From contig JAADEI010000102.1 in NCBI GenBank assembly GCA_013153515.1, positions 2,721 through 66,720 on the forward strand: a DNA stretch of 64,000 nucleotides. Reading direction: 5' to 3'. Source of the stretch: Chlorobiota bacterium (GTDB lineage: Bacteria > Bacteroidota > Bacteroidia > JAADEI01). Below, piece after piece: positions 39,709 to 50,600 of this stretch (positions are counted from its first letter, which is position 1; each line of letters opens with the position of its first letter). The notes beneath the pieces are model-generated. The model was given only the letters and a program-made list of their open reading frames with translations. It was not told the DNA's origin and searched no databases. A program made the position numbers and the translations under genes.

Positions 39709-42700
39709 TGTTGGGGTGATTTTTCTTTTCTGTAAGCGATTGTGTAGAGCACTGGAATCACTATTAGTGAGAGGAATGTGGCGGTGATGAGTCCGCCTAT
39801 TACCACTGTTGCAAGAGGTCTCTGCACTTCCGCACCTGCCGACTGGCTGAACGCCATTGGGGTGAAGCCCACTATTGTCGTCAGGGCAGTGAGAAGGATT
39901 GGTCTGAGCCGTTCCGCAGACGCAATTTTTATCCTTTCTAACATTGGGACGTTTTCCTTTCGTAAAGCGTTTGCCCGGGCTAACAAGAGCATACCATTCA
40001 GAACGGCTACGCCGAAGAGGACCACGAAGCCAACTCCTGCCGAGATGCTGAAGGGCATCCCTCTTATCGCAAGGAAATAGACTCCTCCTATTGTTGCCAG
40101 TGGAACGGCTGTGTAGATGAGCAATGTATCCTTCAAATTGCCTAATGCCATATAGACAAGCACGAAGATGACAAGCAGGACAATGGGAACCACTACTGCC
40201 AGTCTGGCTCGGGCTCGTTGCAGGTTCTCAAAAGTGCCACCGTAGGTAATCCAATATCCGGGAGGGAGGGGGAGGGCTTCCAGACGTTTTTGAATGTCTT
40301 CAACGACCGATTCAACGTCTCTGTTACGGACATTGACGCCTACATAGACCCTTCGGTAGCCGTTCTCCCTTGAGATTTGTGCAGGATGATATTCAATGTT
40401 TATGTCCGCTATTTCAGAGAAGGGCACCAGCGTTCCAGTGTGCGTTTTAATTCTAATTTGTTTGACGTGTTCAACGTCTTTCCTGTATTCAGGCGAGTAT
40501 CTAACCACTATATCAAATCTCTTTTCCTGCTCATAGGCTGTTCCGACGCTATATCCCGCGAAGGCGGACTGCAAATGCTTATTAGCTTCCTCTATCGTAA
40601 TTCCATATCTGGCGAGCCTTTCCCGTTTGTATCTGACTAATATCTGAGGTTGTTTCTGTACTGGTTCCATAGCTATGTCTGCTGCACCTTCAACACCTTG
40701 AATCAATTGGACTATTTGTTCTGCGAGGGTTCGCAACACATCAACGTCTTCGCCATATACTTCAATAGACACGTCGTATCTAACTCCGGATATTAATTCG
40801 TTAAATCGCAGTTCAATAGGTTGCGTAAAGGCGTAGCTGATTCCCGGGAGTTCTCTTTCTAACACATCTTTCATTTTGTTCGCCAGTTCTTCTTGTGTGG
40901 ATGCCGAAACCCATTTGCTCCTGTCTTTTTCAAGAATCACGTGGCAGTCGGCGAAGTCCATAGGCATCGGGTCGGTAGGAATTTCCGACACACCTATTCG
41001 GCAACCAGTAGTTATAACCTCAGGGAAGGAATCAAGGATAATTTTTTCAACTTGTTCAGTGCCTTTGATTACTTCTGATAGAGGAGTTCCCGGGACGAAG
41101 ATTGCCTGTAAGGCTATGTCGCCTTCATTTAGTCTGGGCATGAACACGGCACCCATCCTCGTGAAAGTGAATATAGACAGGATGAAGAGGACAAGGGCAA
41201 TTGACAGAACAGTGAATCTGTGGTTGAGAGCCCAGTCCCGTGAAGGAATATATGCCTTCTTTATCCAGTCCATAATTTTCCTACTGATTCGTGTGAAAGT
41301 GGCTTCAATCCTTGCCATTGAACCGCCTTCCTCAGGCAATTTGACTAATAGAGAGCTGATGGCAGGCACATAAGTAAGACACAGTATTATTACGCCCAGA
41401 AGGACATACATAAAGACATAAGCCATTGGCTTGAACATCCTGCCTTCAACACCTTCAAGAGTTAGAATGGGCAGAAAAACTAAAAGAACAACTAACTGTC
41501 CGAATAGGGCGACACGCATCATTCGGGACGCCGTGGAAATGGCTAATTGTTTTCGTTCCTCATCGCTTATCTTCAATACTCTGTTTCTTGCCGATCGGAG
41601 TTTTTTCTCAAGGGCGAAAATCATTCCTTCAACTATGATTACTGCTCCATCAACTACTATCCCGAAGTCAATAGCACCAAGAGACATTAAATTGGCTGTG
41701 ATGCCCGTCAGATTCATCAGCATAAAAGCGAAAAGCAAGGACAGAGGGATAACAGAGGCAACTATTAGCCCAGACCTAATGCTACCTATCAAAAAGACCA
41801 GAACGAAGATGACTGTGAGGGCACCAAGGGTCAGGTTCTCAGTGATTGTTTCCGTTGTCCTTTCAATAAGGTCCCTTCTGTCTAAATATGGTCTAATGGA
41901 TATTCCCGGAGGGAGGCTTTTTTGAATTTCTGCCATCCTTTCCCGAACCTTTTCAACAACTTCCATCGCATTGGCGTCTTTTAGCATGAGGACCTGTCCA
42001 CCAACCACTTCCCTGCCGTCTTCCGTCATCGCTCCGTATCTGATGGCACCTGCCCATCTGACCGTGTCGGCAATGTCTTTTATCCTCACAGGTCCCTCAT
42101 CAGTTATGAGAACAACTGTGTTGGCGATGTCTTCAAGGGATCTAACTAAACCTTCGCCACGAATAAACATAACGGAATTACTTTTTTCAATATATGCACC
42201 GCCACTGTTGGAATTGTTTTGCTCAAGGGCTTCTATTATAGTTCCAAGGTCTATGTTTAATCTCTGCAATCTCACCGGGTCAAAAACCACTTCGTATTGT
42301 TTGATGAATCCACCAAGGGAGTTGACTTCCACCACTCCGGGAACCATCATCATCTGTCGCCTAATAATCCAATCCTGAACAGTTCTCAAGTCCATCAGGG
42401 TATATACGTTCCTATATGCTGGGTCCACATGCAGATAGTATTGATATATCTCACCCAGTCCAGTTGTTATGGGTCCTGCAAAAGGTCCTTTCTCAAGGAT
42501 GTCGGGTAGATCATCTGTCAATACGGTTAATTTTTCTTGCACCAGTTGTCTGGGCAGGTAAGTGCCCATCTCGTCCTCAAAGACGACCGTAACGACGCTC
42601 AAGCCCGGTCTGGAAACACTTCTCAATTCAATGACTCCGGGCAAATTGCCCATCTCTCGCTCTATCGGATAAGTAATCAATTGTTCCATGTCAAGAGCAG

Positions 42701-42869
42701 ACAACTGAGGAGCAATGCTAATGACCTGAACCTGATTATTAGTTATGTCGGGAACAGAACCCAGTTTTAGGTTTTTTAGTGCCAATAAGCCACCAATCAC
42801 CCATAAGCCTGTTAGAATTAGTATTAATCCTCGCCATCTTACCGACAGGCTAATTATTTTCTCTATCAA
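39705..42869 (-). CDS. czcA: CusA/CzcA family heavy-metal efflux RND transporter
   Basis: 1054 aa. 12-TM RND architecture with the HME-RND signature regions. Confidence 0.95.
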   Translation of the reverse strand: MIEKIISLSVRWRGLILILTGLWVIGGLLALKNLKLGSVPDITNNQVQVISIAPQLSALDMEQLITYPIEREMGNLPGVIELRSVSRPGLSVVTVVFEDEMGTYLPRQLVQEKLTVLTDDLPDILEKGPFAGPITTGLGEIYQYYLHVDPAYRNVYTLMDLRTVQDWIIRRQMMMVPGVVEVNSLGGFIKQYEVVFDPVRLQRLNIDLGTIIEALEQNNSNSGGAYIEKSNSVMFIRGEGLVRSLEDIANTVVLITDEGPVRIKDIADTVRWAGAIRYGAMTEDGREVVGGQVLMLKDANAMEVVEKVRERMAEIQKSLPPGISIRPYLDRRDLIERTTETITENLTLGALTVIFVLVFLIGSIRSGLIVASVIPLSLLFAFMLMNLTGITANLMSLGAIDFGIVVDGAVIIVEGMIFALEKKLRSARNRVLKISDEERKQLAISTASRMMRVALFGQLVVLLVFLPILTLEGVEGRMFKPMAYVFMYVLLGVIILCLTYVPAISSLLVKLPEEGGSMARIEATFTRISRKIMDWIKKAYIPSRDWALNHRFTVLSIALVLFILSIFTFTRMGAVFMPRLNEGDIALQAIFVPGTPLSEVIKGTEQVEKIILDSFPEVITTGCRIGVSEIPTDPMPMDFADCHVILEKDRSKWVSASTQEELANKMKDVLERELPGISYAFTQPIELRFNELISGVRYDVSIEVYGEDVDVLRTLAEQIVQLIQGVEGAADIAMEPVQKQPQILVRYKRERLARYGITIEEANKHLQSAFAGYSVGTAYEQEKRFDIVVRYSPEYRKDVEHVKQIRIKTHTGTLVPFSEIADINIEYHPAQISRENGYRRVYVGVNVRNRDVESVVEDIQKRLEALPLPPGYWITYGGTFENLQRARARLAVVVPIVLLVIFVLVYMALGNLKDTLLIYTAVPLATIGGVYFLAIRGMPFSISAGVGFVVLFGVAVLNGMLLLARANALRKENVPMLERIKIASAERLRPILLTALTTIVGFTPMAFSQSAGAEVQRPLATVVIGGLITATFLSLIVIPVLYTIAYRKEKSPQQ

Positions 42870-43018
42870 GGCAGGAAGATTTTTAAAGTTTGTTTTATTT
42901 AAATTCTGTTTTGGTTGTAAGAATGTGTAAAGTTATGATAGGGAGCGTGGTAGAGTGGTAATCCGTCCAGACGTCAAATATATAAGGGGATAATTGAGAG
43001 GTTGGGCTGGACGGGTTA

Positions 43019-43327
43019 TTAGCCTACCCATGGGGGACGCCACGGCTTGGATAACAAAAAGGATTCGGGGATGTCTTCGTCTGTAACGAATCGGGAATAG
43101 GAATCTTCTGAATTTGCGGAGATTGTAGTATTGGTTTCGGCTTGTGGTATTGACATAGGCATATGCGGGATGGAGCAGAAAGGCGTGTGAGTGGCGTGAT
43201 GTTCCGTATGTATGTCATCAACTAAACACAGAGACCCGTTGAGGAACGAAATTGATAAGATAGCCAAGAGAATCCAACCTGTTAAACCTCTACGCATAGG
43301 ATCATGCAACACAAAGTTATGGTTCAA
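43019..43327 (-). CDS. small His/Met-rich putative periplasmic protein (tentative)
   Basis: 102-aa ORF. Internal start MRRGLTGWILLAILSISFLNG (signal peptide) followed by DDIHTEHHATHTPFCSIPHMPMSIPQ. Sits immediately upstream of the czc operon on the same strand. Confidence 0.3.
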   Translation of the reverse strand: MNHNFVLHDPMRRGLTGWILLAILSISFLNGSLCLVDDIHTEHHATHTPFCSIPHMPMSIPQAETNTTISANSEDSYSRFVTDEDIPESFLLSKPWRPPWVG

Positions 43328-43340
43328 AACATTAAGTTGG

Positions 43341-43691
43341 TTACCATGAAGTTTTCTTTTCGCTTACTTTGTTATTCTTGTCAAGAATAATAACAATTGG
43401 TTTCATTGATTTATGTTCCTCAGGAGTTACCCATGCATAGGCGATTATATGGACTTTATCGCCGGGTTGGAATAGTCGTGCTGCCGGTCCATTGAGGCAT
43501 ATTGTTCCGGACCCTCGCTCTCCTTTGATTACATAGGTTTCTATCCGAGCACCATTATTCACATTGACTATTTGCACTCGCTCGCCTTCCACTATACCTG
43601 ATTCTTCAAGCAACACAGGGTCAATTGTTATGCTTCCATGATAGTGAAGGTTGGCGTCCGTAACTGTTGCGTTGTGAATTTTCGCTTTCAT
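43341..43691 (-). CDS. panD: aspartate 1-decarboxylase
   Basis: Start at [24 protein letters not shown]. The GS|IT self-processing site is conserved. The track start at 43706 is upstream. Confidence 0.85.
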   Translation of the reverse strand: MKAKIHNATVTDANLHYHGSITIDPVLLEESGIVEGERVQIVNVNNGARIETYVIKGERGSGTICLNGPAARLFQPGDKVHIIAYAWVTPEEHKSMKPIVIILDKNNKVSEKKTSW

Positions 43692-43885
43692 TACACACAA
43701 CCACATAGGGCAAAGTTAATTCCGTTTTTTAAGAACACACCGTCCAAGTAAATGGTTCATTTTAGTCTCAATTAGCACTAAACAGGAAATGCAATAAAGC
43801 ATATGGTTAAAAGAATTATTGAAAGCATGAGCCAAAAGAATTCTTCGTGGCTTATGATTCTGTTATTTGGAATGTAAAATCTTGT

Positions 43886-43893
43886 AGTTTTGC
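43886..43893 (+). promoter_or_regulatory. -7 promoter element TAGTTTTG upstream of bshC
   Basis: TAnnTTTG about 8 nt upstream of the bshC start codon, in the divergent panD/bshC intergenic region. Confidence 0.35.
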
Positions 43894-43899
43894 TTTGTT

Positions 43900-45399
43900 A
43901 TGTGGGAAATAGTTGATCTGGAAGATTATGATGCCTTTAATATAAGGCAGGAATTACAAGAGTTTTTGAGGGACGAAGGGTTAAGGCAATTGGACAGATG
44001 CACTTTGGGGGTTAGGGAAGCAGTGGTGAAATCAATTTATGCTAAGAATTTAACCGATAAACAGAAAGAAAACCTTGAACTGGTCAAGTCAGGAAATGCT
44101 TATGTAGTTACAGTTAGCCATCAACCGCATTTGTTAGGCGGTCCTGTTTTCGTGCTGTATAAGGCTTTGCAGGCGATAGCGTTGGCTGAGACGATAAGTG
44201 AAGAGACTGGTGAGCCAACAGTGCCCATATTCTGGGTGCACTCGGACGACCACGACTGGCAGGAATTAACAACAATAACAATTAAGAACAAAGAGTTTTC
44301 AGGGTTTAAGGAGAGAAGTGACCCATTTGGGTTTGCTGATGTGGACGATGAAGTGCGGGAATACATTCGGCAGGTTGTTAGCCACTTTCCCAATGCTAAA
44401 TTTATGGCTGATTTTTACCGACAAGGTCTTAGGTTGGCTGATGCCTTCGTTGATTTGATGAATTTTTTCCTTGGTGATACAGGAATTCTGTTCCTTGATT
44501 CCGGCTCGTCTGATGTGTGTAAGGAACTGATTCCATTCATAAAGGCTGATTTAATTGAAGATAGAATATATCCCATTGTTGCTAAGACTAATGAAGATTG
44601 GAGGTCAAAAGGCTGGAAACCAATCATAAACCCAATGAGAACAAACACTTTCTATATAGACAACTCAGGGAGAAGGGCTAAGGTCATCAGGAAAAGCGAT
44701 GATTCTTTTATTGTTGGGGATGCGGTTATGAACAAAGACGAACTTCTGGCGGAAATAGAGACCCATCCAGAAAAATTTAGTCCCGGAGTGGCTGTCCGAA
44801 TCCTCTGGCAAGAGCATCTTCTTAATTCGTGTGCGTTCACTGGCGGTTCAACAGAGATACTCTACTGGTATCAATTGATTCCGTTGTTTAGGGAGATGGG
44901 AATTAAGGTTCCGGCATTGTTTTTGAGACATAGCCTCTTTGTTGTTAGTGAAAAGATTTTTCCTGTGGTTGAGAGGCTTGGCGGATTCAAGGAGTTCGTT
45001 GTTTCGTGGGAGGAGTTGCAAGCCAAAGCAATTAAATCAGTCCTTCCAGAGTGGTTTCCTGAAGGGGAGTTGGTAAATAAATGTCGGGAACTGGAAAATC
45101 TTGTGGATTCCGTCAAGCGTGCTGATGTGCGGTCTTTCCTTGCAGGCAGACTGAGGAAACTGGCAAAACAGTGGAATAAAGAGGTTCGGAAGGCAAGAAA
45201 AATGTTGATTGGTCCTGAATTGGAGAGGATTAAGAGGGTTCATGAACAGTTAATGCCCTTGGGAAAGTGGCAGGAAAGAACGATTTCACTCTTGGAATTC
45301 GTTGATAGATACGGGACAGAGGGGGTTAGAGCCTTAATAACGGCTTATCCCAGAAATAAAGAATCCAAAGTAGCGTTTATAAAAAGAAAAGGAGAATGA
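43900..45399 (+). CDS. bshC: bacillithiol biosynthesis cysteine-adding enzyme BshC
   Basis: 499 aa. VSHQPHLLGGPVFVLYK...EPTVPIFWVHSDDHDWQEL aligns with B. subtilis BshC GGQQAGLLTGPLYTIHK...VPVIPIFWVAGEDHDLDEI. The later FSPGVAVRILWQEHLL...GGSTEILYW segment also matches. Confidence 0.85.
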   Translation: MWEIVDLEDYDAFNIRQELQEFLRDEGLRQLDRCTLGVREAVVKSIYAKNLTDKQKENLELVKSGNAYVVTVSHQPHLLGGPVFVLYKALQAIALAETISEETGEPTVPIFWVHSDDHDWQELTTITIKNKEFSGFKERSDPFGFADVDDEVREYIRQVVSHFPNAKFMADFYRQGLRLADAFVDLMNFFLGDTGILFLDSGSSDVCKELIPFIKADLIEDRIYPIVAKTNEDWRSKGWKPIINPMRTNTFYIDNSGRRAKVIRKSDDSFIVGDAVMNKDELLAEIETHPEKFSPGVAVRILWQEHLLNSCAFTGGSTEILYWYQLIPLFREMGIKVPALFLRHSLFVVSEKIFPVVERLGGFKEFVVSWEELQAKAIKSVLPEWFPEGELVNKCRELENLVDSVKRADVRSFLAGRLRKLAKQWNKEVRKARKMLIGPELERIKRVHEQLMPLGKWQERTISLLEFVDRYGTEGVRALITAYPRNKESKVAFIKRKGE

Positions 45400-45764
45400 T
45401 TTACATTTTGCTAATGTTGATATTGCAAGTTTCTATTCTTACGCCCGTCCAAACCGCATTCTATCGTGGGGATGTGGATATGCTTGCTAAAAAAATGGAA
45501 TCAGATATTACAATTGTTATTGAAGGGGAGGGTGGCAAGCGACCTGCTCAACAGGCAGCACTGATGCTCAAAAAGTTTTTTGAAGCCCATCCCTTGAAGG
45601 ATTTGAAATGGGTGCATTCCGGAAGCAGTCCAAACACTGAATACACAATTGGAAAATACATTGACAAAAACGGTAATGAATTCAGAGTTTTTATCGTTGT
45701 TGGGAAGGAAACAGGTCGCATAAAGCAAATCAGGATAAGCAAGTATGAAGGAGATTCCCAGTGA
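45396..45764 (+). CDS. DUF4783-like small secreted/membrane-anchored protein
   Basis: 122 aa with a hydrophobic N-terminus. Overlaps the bshC stop (ATGA) and the nadC start, so it is translationally coupled. Family assignment from pattern memory. Confidence 0.45.
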   Translation: MIYILLMLILQVSILTPVQTAFYRGDVDMLAKKMESDITIVIEGEGGKRPAQQAALMLKKFFEAHPLKDLKWVHSGSSPNTEYTIGKYIDKNGNEFRVFIVVGKETGRIKQIRISKYEGDSQ

Positions 45765-46617
45765 ACAGTTACTTTCCTTTGTTGATAGCCATGTCCGACT
45801 TGCCCTTGAAGAAGATATAAGAAGTGGCGATTTAACCACGTGGGCTACGGTAGATAGGAATCTGTTCGGCATAATGAAAATCATTTCCCGGGAAGGAGGT
45901 GTTGCGGCAGGAGTCCTTTGTGCACAAAGAACTTTTCAATTATTGAATCCGCAGGTTAAAGTCAAAGTGTATGTCTCAGATGGCGAGCGGTTCCAAAAAG
46001 GAGATGTTATAATGGAGATTGAGGGCAGGGTAAGAGATTTACTAATGGCTGAAAGGACGGCTTTGAACTATTTGCAACATCTGAGCGGAGTGGCTACCCT
46101 CACAAGGCAATTCGTGGAAGCAGTGGAGGGAACCAAAGCACGCATAACAGACACACGCAAAACAATCCCTTTGTGGCGAGACTTACAGAAATGGGCTGTT
46201 AGGCTGGGAGGAGGAGTTAACCATAGGTATTCTCTAAGCGATGCGGTGTTGATAAAAGAAAATCACATTTATGCGGCAGGTGGAATTCAGAAAGCAGTAA
46301 AAAAAACACGGGAATTTTTAAATAGTATTGGCAAAAAAGTGCCTGTTATAGTAGAAGTGGAAAACCTTGACCAACTGAAACAATTGGAACAATTTTGGGG
46401 CAGGATAACAAGGGTTATGCTTGACAATTTTCACGATGTGGATTTAATAAGGGAGGCTGTTGAGTTTGTTGCTGGGCGTGTTGACGTTGAGGTCTCAGGA
46501 GGAGTGACCCTTGAGAATGTGAGGGACATAGCCCTTGCAGGCGTGGATTATATATCTATCGGGAGGTTGACCCATAGCCCGAAAGCCATTGATTTCTCTG
46601 CATTGCTTGAAAAGTGA
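45745..46617 (+). CDS. nadC: nicotinate-nucleotide diphosphorylase (carboxylating)
   Basis: 290 aa. Quinolinate phosphoribosyltransferase type II fold (LLMAERTALNYLQHLSG, DTRKT). Confidence 0.9.
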   Translation: MKEIPSEQLLSFVDSHVRLALEEDIRSGDLTTWATVDRNLFGIMKIISREGGVAAGVLCAQRTFQLLNPQVKVKVYVSDGERFQKGDVIMEIEGRVRDLLMAERTALNYLQHLSGVATLTRQFVEAVEGTKARITDTRKTIPLWRDLQKWAVRLGGGVNHRYSLSDAVLIKENHIYAAGGIQKAVKKTREFLNSIGKKVPVIVEVENLDQLKQLEQFWGRITRVMLDNFHDVDLIREAVEFVAGRVDVEVSGGVTLENVRDIALAGVDYISIGRLTHSPKAIDFSALLEK

Positions 46618-46621
46618 AGTG

Positions 46622-47527
46622 ATGAAAATAGTCTTTGCTGCAAAGGGGCATGAATACTTAATAGAGGCATTGAGTGAACTGGGCGAAGTAATTGTGTTTG
46701 ATTCAGAAAATGATAATGATTTCGGAAGTGAGGCAGATGTGCTTATCGTGGCTTCCTCGCCGATGGTGGATTTAACCTTACTGGAGAAATTTCCGTCGCT
46801 AAAGGCATTGGTGAGAGTGGGTTCTGGATTTGATAACATTGATATAGATGCTTTAAAGGAGAGAAACATCAAGTTCATTAGGGTTCCGGAGGGGAACAGG
46901 GACTCGGTGGCTGAGCATACATTATTATTAATAACAGGATTATTAAGAAAGATTAATAAGGCTATTGTGAAGGGATTTGAAAAACCTTGGGATAGAGAAG
47001 GAGTAGTGGGCAATGAACTCAAAGGCAAAGTCGTAGGGATTGTTGGTTATGGGAACGTGGGCTGGGAGGTAGCCCAAAGACTGGTTTCTCTGGGATGTAT
47101 TGTCAACACATGGGATCCATACAGGAAGTTTAATCCTGTTCCGGGTGTTGGAAATGTCCCTTATGAAGAACTTCTTGCTCTGAGCGACATTATTTCTTTT
47201 CATATTCAAGACGTCAACAATGGATATTTGTTTGATTTTGATCATCTGGAAAAGGTTAAAAGGGGAGTGTTGATTGTTAATACTTCTCGGGGGAACGTAG
47301 TGAACACAAGAGCGTTGATTCAGGGACTTAGATCTGGTGTTATAGGTGGGCTAGCAATTGATGTTATTGAAGGAGAACCCAATTCCCAGTTCATTGATGA
47401 ACTTAAAACTTTTGATAATGTTATTGCAACGCCACACGTCGCTGGACACTCCTATGAAGCCTATGAAAAGATGAAAGAACTGGTAGTCAGGAAAATAAAA
47501 TATACCCTTTCCAATTTGATGCTTTAA
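46622..47527 (+). CDS. D-isomer-specific 2-hydroxyacid dehydrogenase family protein
   Basis: Start at MKIVFAAKG. NAD-binding GIVGYGNVG and the catalytic R/E/H region (HVAGHSYEA). The track start at 46589 would overlap nadC. Confidence 0.8.
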   Translation: MKIVFAAKGHEYLIEALSELGEVIVFDSENDNDFGSEADVLIVASSPMVDLTLLEKFPSLKALVRVGSGFDNIDIDALKERNIKFIRVPEGNRDSVAEHTLLLITGLLRKINKAIVKGFEKPWDREGVVGNELKGKVVGIVGYGNVGWEVAQRLVSLGCIVNTWDPYRKFNPVPGVGNVPYEELLALSDIISFHIQDVNNGYLFDFDHLEKVKRGVLIVNTSRGNVVNTRALIQGLRSGVIGGLAIDVIEGEPNSQFIDELKTFDNVIATPHVAGHSYEAYEKMKELVVRKIKYTLSNLML

Positions 47528-47611
47528 TCGTTTTTGTGTATTTTTGCTAATGAATAAATCAAGTTGTTTATCTTTGCAAAAAGAGTAACTAAACGTGGAA
47601 AAGGAAGTAAG

Positions 47612-50600
47612 ATGAAGAGGGGAGCACTAAAGATGTTAGGTCTGTTTGCACTGATGGTTCTAACCTATGTCTCTGCCTTTGCTCAAACAGGTGCAATTAA
47701 AGGGCGGGTGCTTGATGACCGAGGGGAGGGAGCCGTTGGCGCAGTTATTCAAGTAAAAAGAAATGGAGTATTAGTGAAAGGGTCTAGTATCTATGATCTT
47801 GGTGGATGGTTTATGATCAGAAATCTTGATCCTGGTGTGTATGATTTGGAGGTTACTTTGGCGGGTATGGCACCATATAAACTCACGGGAATTCAAGTTC
47901 CACCGGAAAAAGTTGTTGATGTTGGAACTATTAGGTTAACACCAAAGGCAAAAACACTTAAAGAAGCAATAGTGGTTGTTTATTCAAAACCCTTATTTAA
48001 AAAGGACCAAACAACTAGTCAGTTTACACTTAGCAAAGAAGAAATTGAAAAGTTATCTCCTCGTAATCCTGCAGACCTAGCGGCAACCAGTGCAAATGTT
48101 TTTCAGCGTGATGAGGGGTCCGAACTTAATGTTAAGGGGAGCCGAACGACCGGTAACGTGATGATTATTGACGGTATGAAGATATTTGGTAGTAATATTA
48201 ATTTACCCAAAGGAGCTATAGAACAAATCTCTACCATAACAGGCGGTGTGCCGGCTAAATACGGCGATGCAACAGGTGGAATTATTACTGTTACAACAAA
48301 AGGTCCGAGTGCAAACCCCGGATTTGGCTTTGAGGCTGTCACCTCTCAATTCCTTGATCCATATGGATACAACCTAGTCGGCGCTAGCTTTACTACTCCC
48401 TTGTTATGGGAGGAAGGCGTTAATGAAAAGGGAGAAAAAGTTAAGAAACGCCCAATTTTAGGAATGTTCTTTTCCGGAGAGTATAATTATCAAAAGGACT
48501 ACAGACCCTCATTCTATATATTTAAAATGAAGGATAGCGTATTTCAGGATGTTGTTAATGAACCTCTTATTAAGACTGAACAAGGTGCATTTATTAAAAA
48601 GGTGGAGACGCTTAGGAGGGATGCCTTTGAACCTATTAAATATCGCTTAAATGCGTATAGAAATAGGGTGTCTTTAAGCACTAAATTTGATTTTTCTCCT
48701 AAGGAGAATCTTAACATAACCTTAGGTGGTTTCTATATCAACGAATGGGGAAGGGCTTATGTTCATAGGTATTCTCTAATGAATTGGGAAAGACAACCTT
48801 GGACAAAAAATAGACAGTTTAATACTATGTTGCGATTGAGGCAAGAATTCCCTACAAAAGACACCGCAGCCATCATCAGAGACTTCTCTTATTCTATCCA
48901 ATTTGAGTACAGAAATCAGTTTTCAACAACAGCTGATTTCTATCATAGATATGAGCCATTTAATTATGGATATATAGGCAAATTTATGCAACGGGAAGTC
49001 CCCTTCTATTTCCTCTCAACAGATTCAGCCCTGTCAGCACTTGCCGGAAGACCTATCATAATTAATAATGTGTACTTGGGCTCTATCTATTTGATTGACA
49101 CATTCATTCCAGGAGGTTTGAATCCATATCTTGAAAACATTACCAAACAATATCTTGAAAATGCCGTTGGAGACCAATCAATAGGTTCTGTTATTAACGG
49201 ACCTGCTATCGCCAACGGCGAACGAACCCTCGCAGATTACACTTCTTATAGCATCTGGTTCATCCCGGGTCGTCAATATGGAGGGTATTCATTTAACACT
49301 AATTCACGATTCCGAGTTTGGTTTAATGGTGCATTTAGTATAATCCCGAAAAAAAAGAAGGGTCAAGGCAAAGAGAATCATCATAATATAGAGTTTGGAA
49401 TGGAATATGAGCAAGAGACCAGAAGGGGCTATTCAATTGGTGCTGTAAGCCTTTGGACATTGGCTCGCCTATATGTCAACAGGCATTTAGCGGAACTCAA
49501 CCTCTCTGATCCAATTCTTATCATTGATGGTCAACAATATCGCTTCAGTGAAATTAAAGATAAATTAATTGCAGGGGAAATCACGTTCGACCCCGAAAGC
49601 GATACTGTTTATTATGAGCCTCTTTATAGGGCTTCTGAACAAGCTTGGATTGATAAAAAACTCCGTGAAAAACTTGGGTTGCCAGTAGACGGAACAGACA
49701 ATATACCCGTGGATACACTATCACCGGATGTCTTCTCCCTGGATATGTTCGCACCCGATGAGTTGTGGTTGGAAGGAATCAACTCCCTAGTTTCATATTA
49801 TGGATATAACTACATCGGAAACATTGATAAAAACAAGGTTACATTTAAAGACTTCTGGACAGCAAAAGATGAAAATGGGAATTATCTCCGTCCAATCGCA
49901 CCATATAGACCGATCTACATGGCATTTTATGTTCAAGATAAATTCATGTATAGGGACTTGATATTCAATGTTGGTCTCCGGGTTGATAGGTTTGATGCTA
50001 ACCAGAAGGTTCTTAAAGATAAATACTTATTGCTTCCTGCTTATACCACCGGGGAGGTCGATCCTGCCCTGAATCCAAATGGTAAGCACCCTGATAACAT
50101 AAGTGATGACTACGTTGTTTATGTTGACAATGCTAAGGAACCGACTACTATATTAGGTTACAGAAAGGGTGATGAATGGTATGATGCCCAAGGACGCCTT
50201 ATTGAAGACCCCGGCGTTATAGCTGCTCAAACAGTTACTGGAACAATACAACCATATCTCAAAAATCCTGATATTACAGAAAAAGATCCAGAATATGATC
50301 CTGATCAAGTGTTTACCGATTACACCCCACAATGGACAATTATGCCCAGAATAGCATTCTCTTTCCCAATCTCTGATAAGGCAAACTTTTATGCTCACTA
50401 TGATGTTTTGACACAAAGACCAAGACAGGGAATACTTGCCACCCCAGATGAATTCTATTTCCTTAGAGATATAGCAGTAAACAATATAATTTCTAATCCA
50501 GCATTGAAACCAGAGAAAGTTATTGATTATGAAGTTGGCTTTAGGCAAAAAGTATCTGATAATGTTGCTATATCTATATCAGGCTTTTATAGAGAATTAA

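Noticed and set aside
42963-43014. Inverted repeat CCGTCCAG...CTGGACGG as a rho-independent terminator between the small ORF and czcA
   Set aside because: The loop is about 36 nt and no T-tract follows on the transcribed (minus) strand, so it is not a canonical intrinsic terminator. It is kept only as a possible operator or RNA structure in the findings.
43900-43985. Apparent 1-nt discrepancy between the ORF-track frame of bshC (start 43900) and my manual reading of the displayed lines (ATG apparently at 43901; a G seems missing at the 43980/43981 line junction)
   Set aside because: This is most likely my transcription or line-counting error, not a real frameshift. The track reports an uninterrupted 499-aa ORF whose downstream codon phase matches the displayed sequence at 44341 and 45397. 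I used the track coordinates.
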